Source: Cereibacter sphaeroides 2.4.1 (lineage in GTDB: Bacteria > Pseudomonadota > Alphaproteobacteria > Rhodobacterales > Rhodobacteraceae). Taken from it: 32,000 nt of DNA. The stretch lies in assembly GCF_000012905.2 (NCBI RefSeq), contig NC_007493.2, positions 2,070,001 to 2,102,000 of the forward strand, given 5' to 3'. The notes under the pieces were generated by a model. That model saw only the letters and a list, made by a program, of their open reading frames with translations, was not told the DNA's origin and did no database searches. Of the stretch, positions 27,708 to 32,000 are shown piece after piece (positions within the stretch are counted from its first letter, which is position 1; every line of letters starts with the position of its first letter). Both the position numbers and the translations under genes were made by a program.

Positions 27708-28334
27708 ATGCAAAACGTCGTCCTTATCGTCCATCTGATCCTCGCGCTTCTGCTCATCGGCGTGGTGTTGCTGCAGCGCTCGGAGGGCGGCGGGCTCGGC
27801 ATGGGCGGCGGTGGCGCCATGACGGGCCGTCAGGCGGCGAACGCCATGACGCGGATGACCTGGATCTTCGCGATCGCCTTCATCGGGACCTCGATCGCGC
27901 TGACGATCTTTGCCGCTCAGAATTCGCACGGCTCCTCGGTGATCGACCAGTTCGGCGGCACCGTCCGGCAGGAGGCTCCGGCCACGCCCGAAGCGCCGCT
28001 CGGCAACGATCTTCTGCCGCCCGCACCCGCGAATGCGCCGCTGACCCCGCCGCGCGCGGACGAGCAGACCGCCCCGGCGACGGAAGCTCCGGCCACCGAA
28101 GCTCCCGCGACGGAAACTCCGGCGACGGAAGCCCCTGCTGCCGAAACTCCGGCGGCCCCGGCCGAGACGCCCGCCACGGCGCCCGAGGCCCCCGCGGCGG
28201 AACCTCCGGCGCCAGAGGCCCCGGCCAGCGAGCCGACCACGCCTGCCGCTCCGGCGCCCGAAGCGCCCGCTCCTGCGGAGGCTCCGGCCGCCGAAGAGAC
28301 GCCCGCCGTTCCCGCTCCGACCACGGCGAACTGA
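27708..28334 (+). CDS. secG: Preprotein translocase subunit SecG with a ~120-aa Pro/Ala/Glu/Thr-rich C-terminal extension
   Basis: 208 aa. The first ~75 aa are canonical SecG: two TM helices flanking LLQRSEGGGLGMGGGG. Conserved secG-pyrG neighbourhood. The remainder is low-complexity PATEA/PAxE repeats. Confidence 0.85.
   Translation: MQNVVLIVHLILALLLIGVVLLQRSEGGGLGMGGGGAMTGRQAANAMTRMTWIFAIAFIGTSIALTIFAAQNSHGSSVIDQFGGTVRQEAPATPEAPLGNDLLPPAPANAPLTPPRADEQTAPATEAPATEAPATETPATEAPAAETPAAPAETPATAPEAPAAEPPAPEAPASEPTTPAAPAPEAPAPAEAPAAEETPAVPAPTTAN
28074..28148 (+). repeat. In-frame tandem repeat, 5 x 15 nt (CCG GCG ACG GAA GCT and variants), encoding (P-A-T/A-E-A/T)5 within secG
   Basis: Read directly: ccggcgacggaagct / ccggccaccgaagct / cccgcgacggaaact / ccggcgacggaagcc / cctgctgccgaaact. 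It degenerates into further PA/PE-rich sequence up to the stop. Confidence 0.85.
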
Positions 28335-28364
28335 ACCCTACAATCCGTTGAGTCCCGCATTCCC

Positions 28365-28391
28365 CTGACGACAGCATCTAGCCGTCGTCAG
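28365..28391 (+). terminator. Hairpin after secG (putative terminator or processing site)
   Basis: CTGACGAC (28365-28372), an 11-nt loop, then GTCGTCAG (28384-28391), followed by TT. It abuts the putative pyrG -35 element. Confidence 0.35.
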
Positions 28392-28420
28392 TTGCGGACT
28401 CTTTGTCGATAGGCTATATC
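28392..28420 (+). promoter_or_regulatory. Sigma70-like promoter TTGCGG-N17-TATATC upstream of pyrG
   Basis: TTGCGG at 28392-28397, a 17-nt spacer, then TATATC at 28415-28420 (part of the CTATATCC octamer). Predicts a leader of about 70 nt. Confidence 0.4.
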
Positions 28421-28496
28421 CCGACTCCCGTGATGGTGGGATTCGGGCAAGCCGATCGCACTACCTTGAACCGACAGTCACGGGAGATCCCACCGC

Positions 28497-30140
28497 ATGG
28501 CACGCTACGTCTTCATCACCGGCGGGGTGGTGTCTTCCCTGGGCAAGGGTCTGGCCTCGGCGGCGCTCGGCGCCCTGCTGCAGGCGCGGGGCTTCTCGGT
28601 CAGACTGAGAAAGCTCGACCCCTATCTCAACGTCGATCCCGGCACGATGTCGCCCTTCGAACATGGCGAAGTCTTCGTGACCGACGACGGCGCCGAGACC
28701 GATCTCGATCTCGGCCATTACGAGCGATTCACCGGCGTCTCGGCCCGAAAGACGGACTCGGTCTCGTCCGGCCGGATCTATTCGAACGTGCTCGAGAAGG
28801 AGCGCCGCGGCGACTACCTCGGCAAGACCATCCAGGTGATCCCGCACGTCACCAACGAGATCAAGGACTTCCTCCGGGTGGGCGAGGATGAGGTCGATTT
28901 CATGCTCTGCGAGATCGGCGGCACGGTGGGCGACATCGAGGGCCTGCCCTTCTTCGAAGCCATCCGCCAGTTCGCGCAGGACAAGCCGCGCGGCCAGTGC
29001 ATCTTCGTCCACCTGACGCTCCTGCCCTATGTCTCGGCCTCGGGCGAGCTGAAGACGAAGCCCACCCAGCATTCGGTCAAGGAGCTGCGCTCGATCGGCA
29101 TTGCGCCCGACGTGCTGCTGCTGCGCTCCGAACGCGCGATCCCCGAGAAGGAGCGCGAGAAGATCGCTCTCTTCTGCAATGTCCGGAAAGAGGCGGTGAT
29201 CGCCGCCTACGACCTCAAGACCATCTACGAGGCGCCGCTCGCCTATCACCGCGAGGGTCTCGATCAGGCGGTGCTCGACGCCTTCGGGATCTCGCCCGCG
29301 CCGAAGCCCAACCTCGACCGCTGGGTCGATGTGATGGACCGGCTCGAGAATGCCGAGGGCGAGGTGCGCGTGGCCATCGTCGGGAAATACACCCAGCTCG
29401 AGGATGCCTACAAATCCATTGCCGAGGCGCTGACCCACGGCGGGATGGCGAACCGCACCCGCGTGCGGGCGGAATGGATCAATGCCGAGCTCTTCGAACG
29501 GGAGGATCCGAGCCCCTTCCTCGAGGGCTTCCACGCCATCCTCGTGCCCGGCGGCTTCGGCGAGCGCGGCACCGAGGGCAAGATCCGGGCGGCGCAATAT
29601 GCGCGCGAGAAGGCCATCCCCTATCTCGGCATCTGTCTGGGGATGCAGATGGCGGTGATCGAGGCGGCGCGGAACCTCGCCCAGGTGAAGGATGCGGGCT
29701 CCGAGGAGTTCGATCACGAGGTGGGCAAGAAGCGGTTCACGCCGGTGGTCTATCACCTCAAGGAATGGATTCAGGGCAACCATATCGTCGAGCGCAAGCA
29801 TGACGACGACAAGGGCGGCACCATGCGGCTCGGCGCCTACACCGCCGCGCTGACGCCGGGTTCGCGCGTGTCCGAGATCTACCACGCGACCGAGATCGAG
29901 GAACGCCACCGCCACCGCTACGAGGTGGACGTGCGCTACCGCGAGGCGCTGGAGGGCTGCGGGCTGACCTTCTCCGGGATGAGCCCGGATGGGCGGTTGC
30001 CCGAGATCGTCGAGATCAAGGATCATCCGTGGTTCATCGGCGTGCAGTTCCACCCCGAGCTCAAGTCGAAGCCCTTCGCGCCGCATCCGCTGTTCGCCGA
30101 TTTCGTGCGCGCCGCGGTCGAGGTGTCGCGGCTGGTCTGA
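28497..30140 (+). CDS. pyrG: CTP synthase (glutamine hydrolysing)
   Basis: 547 aa. N-terminus [18 protein letters not shown]. Amidotransferase Cys in GICLGMQ. HRHRYEV motif. GGGAG ribosome-binding site upstream. Confidence 0.95.
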   Translation: MARYVFITGGVVSSLGKGLASAALGALLQARGFSVRLRKLDPYLNVDPGTMSPFEHGEVFVTDDGAETDLDLGHYERFTGVSARKTDSVSSGRIYSNVLEKERRGDYLGKTIQVIPHVTNEIKDFLRVGEDEVDFMLCEIGGTVGDIEGLPFFEAIRQFAQDKPRGQCIFVHLTLLPYVSASGELKTKPTQHSVKELRSIGIAPDVLLLRSERAIPEKEREKIALFCNVRKEAVIAAYDLKTIYEAPLAYHREGLDQAVLDAFGISPAPKPNLDRWVDVMDRLENAEGEVRVAIVGKYTQLEDAYKSIAEALTHGGMANRTRVRAEWINAELFEREDPSPFLEGFHAILVPGGFGERGTEGKIRAAQYAREKAIPYLGICLGMQMAVIEAARNLAQVKDAGSEEFDHEVGKKRFTPVVYHLKEWIQGNHIVERKHDDDKGGTMRLGAYTAALTPGSRVSEIYHATEIEERHRHRYEVDVRYREALEGCGLTFSGMSPDGRLPEIVEIKDHPWFIGVQFHPELKSKPFAPHPLFADFVRAAVEVSRLV

Positions 30141-30318
30141 GACCGGCCGCCGGGATCGCACAATCGGGCGGTGCGGCTTTCGGGCCGCTGCCGCCGCATG
30201 AGGGGCATCAGATGATCGAGCAGGCCGTCGGCAGACCGGATGCCCCCCTCGCGGGGCCGAGGGCGCCAAGTCTCGCGCCCTGCCCCGCCGCGCCGGCGGC
30301 CGGGCGCGGGAGGTCCTG

Positions 30319-31101
30319 ATGCTCTCCTACCAGCACATCTTTCACGCGGGGAACCTCGCCGACGTGCACAAGCACGCGCTCCTCTGCGCGATGCTCGACT
30401 ACATGGTGCAGAAGGACAAGCCGCTCACCTATATCGAGACCCACGCGGGCCGCGGCCTCTACGATCTCGGCTCGGCCGAGGCGGTGAAGACCGGCGAAGC
30501 CGCGAAAGGCATCGCCCGGCTCGAGGAGCGGCTGCCCGCGGATCACCCCTACCGGCGGCGCCTGCGCGAGGAGCGCGCGATCTTCGGCCCCGACGCCTAT
30601 CCGGGCTCGCCGCTTCTGGCCGCGGGCTTCCTGCGCGACGGCGATGCGATGCATCTGGCGGAGCTTCATCCGCAGGAGTTCCGCGAACTGGCGAATGTGA
30701 TGGAGCCCTGGGGCGCCCATCTGCGGCAGGAGGACGGGTTCCGCGCCGCGCTGGCGCTGACGCCACCTACGCCCCGGCGCGGCTTCATGCTGATCGACCC
30801 GAGCTTCGAGGTGAAGGCGGATTACGACGCGATTCCGAAGCACATGGCCGCGCTCGCGCGGAAATGGAACGTGGGCACCATCGCGCTCTGGTATCCGCTG
30901 CTGCCCTCGGGGCTGCACCGGCCAATGATGGCCGCGCTTCGCGACCGGTTCCCCGAGGCGCTCGCCCACGAGGTGCGCTTTCCGCCCGCCCGCGAAGGGC
31001 ACGGGCTCGTCGGATCGGGCATGTTCGTGGTGAACCCGCCCTGGGGCAGCGAGGCGGAGGCAGAGCGCCTGACCGCCCTTTTCGCGGGCCTCACGCGCTG
31101 A
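30319..31101 (+). CDS. rlmJ: 23S rRNA (adenine2030-N6)-methyltransferase RlmJ
   Basis: 260 aa. N-terminus MLSYQHIFHAGNLADVHKH is diagnostic of RlmJ/YhiR. Also YPGSP and LIDPSFE motifs. GGGAGG ribosome-binding site. Confidence 0.85.
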   Translation: MLSYQHIFHAGNLADVHKHALLCAMLDYMVQKDKPLTYIETHAGRGLYDLGSAEAVKTGEAAKGIARLEERLPADHPYRRRLREERAIFGPDAYPGSPLLAAGFLRDGDAMHLAELHPQEFRELANVMEPWGAHLRQEDGFRAALALTPPTPRRGFMLIDPSFEVKADYDAIPKHMAALARKWNVGTIALWYPLLPSGLHRPMMAALRDRFPEALAHEVRFPPAREGHGLVGSGMFVVNPPWGSEAEAERLTALFAGLTR

Positions 31102-31144
31102 GCCGGATCGCCGGGACGTGACAGGGCCGCCCTCGGGCACGGCG

Positions 31145-31173
31145 CTTGGCAGCCCGCAGGCGGCGCTCTATAT
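31145..31173 (+). promoter_or_regulatory. Sigma70-like promoter TTGGCA-N17-TATATC immediately upstream of the TerB-family gene
   Basis: TTGGCA at 31145-31150, a 17-nt spacer, then TATATC at 31168-31173 (in CTATATCC). The ATG lies at 31182, only 8 nt after the -10 element, and there is no Shine-Dalgarno sequence. This implies a leaderless or near-leaderless mRNA. Confidence 0.35.
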
Positions 31174-31181
31174 CCCTTCCC

Positions 31182-31619
31182 ATGTTCGACAGTCTCCTCC
31201 GCCGCCTGACGGCGCCCGCCCCCGACCGTCTGCCCGACCCCGACGCCGATCTGGCGCTGGCGGCGCTTCTCGTGCGCGTGGCGCGCGCGGACGGACATTA
31301 CGACGAGTCCGAGATCGCCCGGATCGACCGGGTGCTGGCCAACCGCCGGGGCCTCGGCCCCGAGGCGGCTGGGCAGCTCCGGCGCGAGGCCGAAGCCTTC
31401 GAGGCCCAGGCGCCCGACACGGTGCGCTTCACGCGCGCACTGAAGGAGGCTGTGCCGGTCGAGGACCGGTTCGCGCTGATGCAGGCGCTCTGGACGGTGG
31501 CGCTGGCCGATGGCGAGCGGGACGCGGACGAGGATCAGGTGCTGCGGCTGGTGGCTAATCTCCTCGGCCTCACCGATCAGGAAAGCGCCATCGCCCGGCA
31601 GCACGCCGAGCGCGGCTGA
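31182..31619 (+). CDS. TerB-family (tellurite-resistance-like) protein
   Basis: 145 aa from ATG 31182 (MFDSLLRRL). LALAALLVRVARADGHYDESEI and ALWTVALADGERDADEDQVLRLVANLLGL match the duplicated TerB helix motif. The TTG extension from 31146 contains rare AGG/ATA codons. Confidence 0.8.
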   Translation: MFDSLLRRLTAPAPDRLPDPDADLALAALLVRVARADGHYDESEIARIDRVLANRRGLGPEAAGQLRREAEAFEAQAPDTVRFTRALKEAVPVEDRFALMQALWTVALADGERDADEDQVLRLVANLLGLTDQESAIARQHAERG

Positions 31620-31642
31620 CCCCTCCAGCGGCCGAAAGCCGG

Positions 31643-31671
31643 GCGCTCTGCCTGTTGCGCATGCAGAGCGC
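31643..31671 (+). terminator. Hairpin after the TerB-family gene
   Basis: GCGCTCTGC (31643-31651), an 11-nt loop, GCAGAGCGC (31663-31671), then GTTGAAA. Confidence 0.35.
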
Positions 31672-31782
31672 GTTGAAACGCCTGCGGTCTGGGCGAGGGG
31701 CCGCGACGTCGCAGCGAATGCGCCTTGCCTTGGCCCGGGATTTGCGCCCTACTTGTCCCGCAGTGACAATTTGCGAGACGTC

Positions 31783-32000
31783 GTGACCGCCCAGACCCGA
31801 GACCCAGGCCCCGCGCGCCCCGTCCCCGTCATCGAGATCCGAAACCTGCACAAGAGCTACGGCAATCTCGAAGTTCTCAAGGGCGTGGATATGGTGGCTC
31901 CGAAAGGCCATGTCGTCTCGCTGATCGGATCCTCCGGTTCGGGCAAGTCCACCCTCCTGCGCTGCGCCAACCTTCTCGAGGACAGTCAGGACGGCGAGAT
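31783..32000 (+). CDS. Polar amino-acid/opine-type ABC transporter ATP-binding protein (5' partial; runs off the window)
   Basis: Open frame from GTG 31783 (a TTG at 31771 is also possible). Encodes ...IEIRNLHKSYGNLEVLKGVDMVAPKGHVVSLIGSSGSGKSTLLRCANLLE with Walker A GSSGSGKST, as in HisP/GlnQ-like ATPases. Confidence 0.75.
   Translation, partial: MTAQTRDPGPARPVPVIEIRNLHKSYGNLEVLKGVDMVAPKGHVVSLIGSSGSGKSTLLRCANLLEDSQDGE

Noticed and set aside
30212-30319. 35-codon upstream ORF (MIEQAVGRPDAPLAGPRAPSLAPCPAAPAAGRGRS) whose TGA overlaps the rlmJ ATG.
   Set aside because: It contains several codons that are rare in this genome (AGA, AGG x2, AGT) and a low-complexity product. rlmJ has its own GGGAGG ribosome-binding site, so the ORF is most likely fortuitous.

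Overview
A GC-rich bacterial chromosomal segment; third codon positions are almost all G/C. Gene content and order suggest an alphaproteobacterium of the Rhodobacter/Cereibacter type. This is inferred from hflK-hflC-degP, secG-pyrG, an FdVI-like [2Fe-2S] ferredoxin and a GTTC-N7-GTTC SOS box; no search was run.

I call 31 protein-coding features, and coding is dense on both strands:
- an AI-2E permease
- a five-gene minus-strand operon: Tat-exported BMP-family binding protein, double ATPase, two permeases and a cytosine-deaminase-like amidohydrolase
- a plus-strand PotD/Fbp-like ABC importer followed by an orphan acidic protein and an aldo/keto reductase
- a ferredoxin
- an orphan C-terminal fragment of the error-prone polymerase DnaE2
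- a peptidoglycan-binding lipoprotein
- rpiA-gor-hflK-hflC-degP
- sdaA
- a DMT transporter, thiamine pyrophosphokinase, a hypothetical protein and a DUF2842 protein
- purA, secG, pyrG, rlmJ, a TerB-family protein
- the 5' end of an amino-acid-type ABC ATPase

I found no rRNA, tRNA, CRISPR array, IS/transposase, integrase or recognisable defence or toxin-antitoxin genes. This looks like core housekeeping DNA, and nothing clearly amounts to a new multi-gene system.

The observations most worth a second look:
1. The dnaE2 remnant sits behind a canonical promoter with an SOS box and looks leaderless.
2. Two unusually long non-coding regions flank sdaA (663 bp and 369 bp), with hairpins, a terminator and repeated C/U-rich motifs.
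3. The pyrG leader has a 5' end complementary to its own Shine-Dalgarno region in a crossed (pseudoknot-like) arrangement.
4. Pro/Ala/Glu-rich tails extend SecG and HflC.
5. A CTATATCC -10-like octamer recurs three times.

The many long ORFs antisense to these genes are high-GC shadow ORFs.
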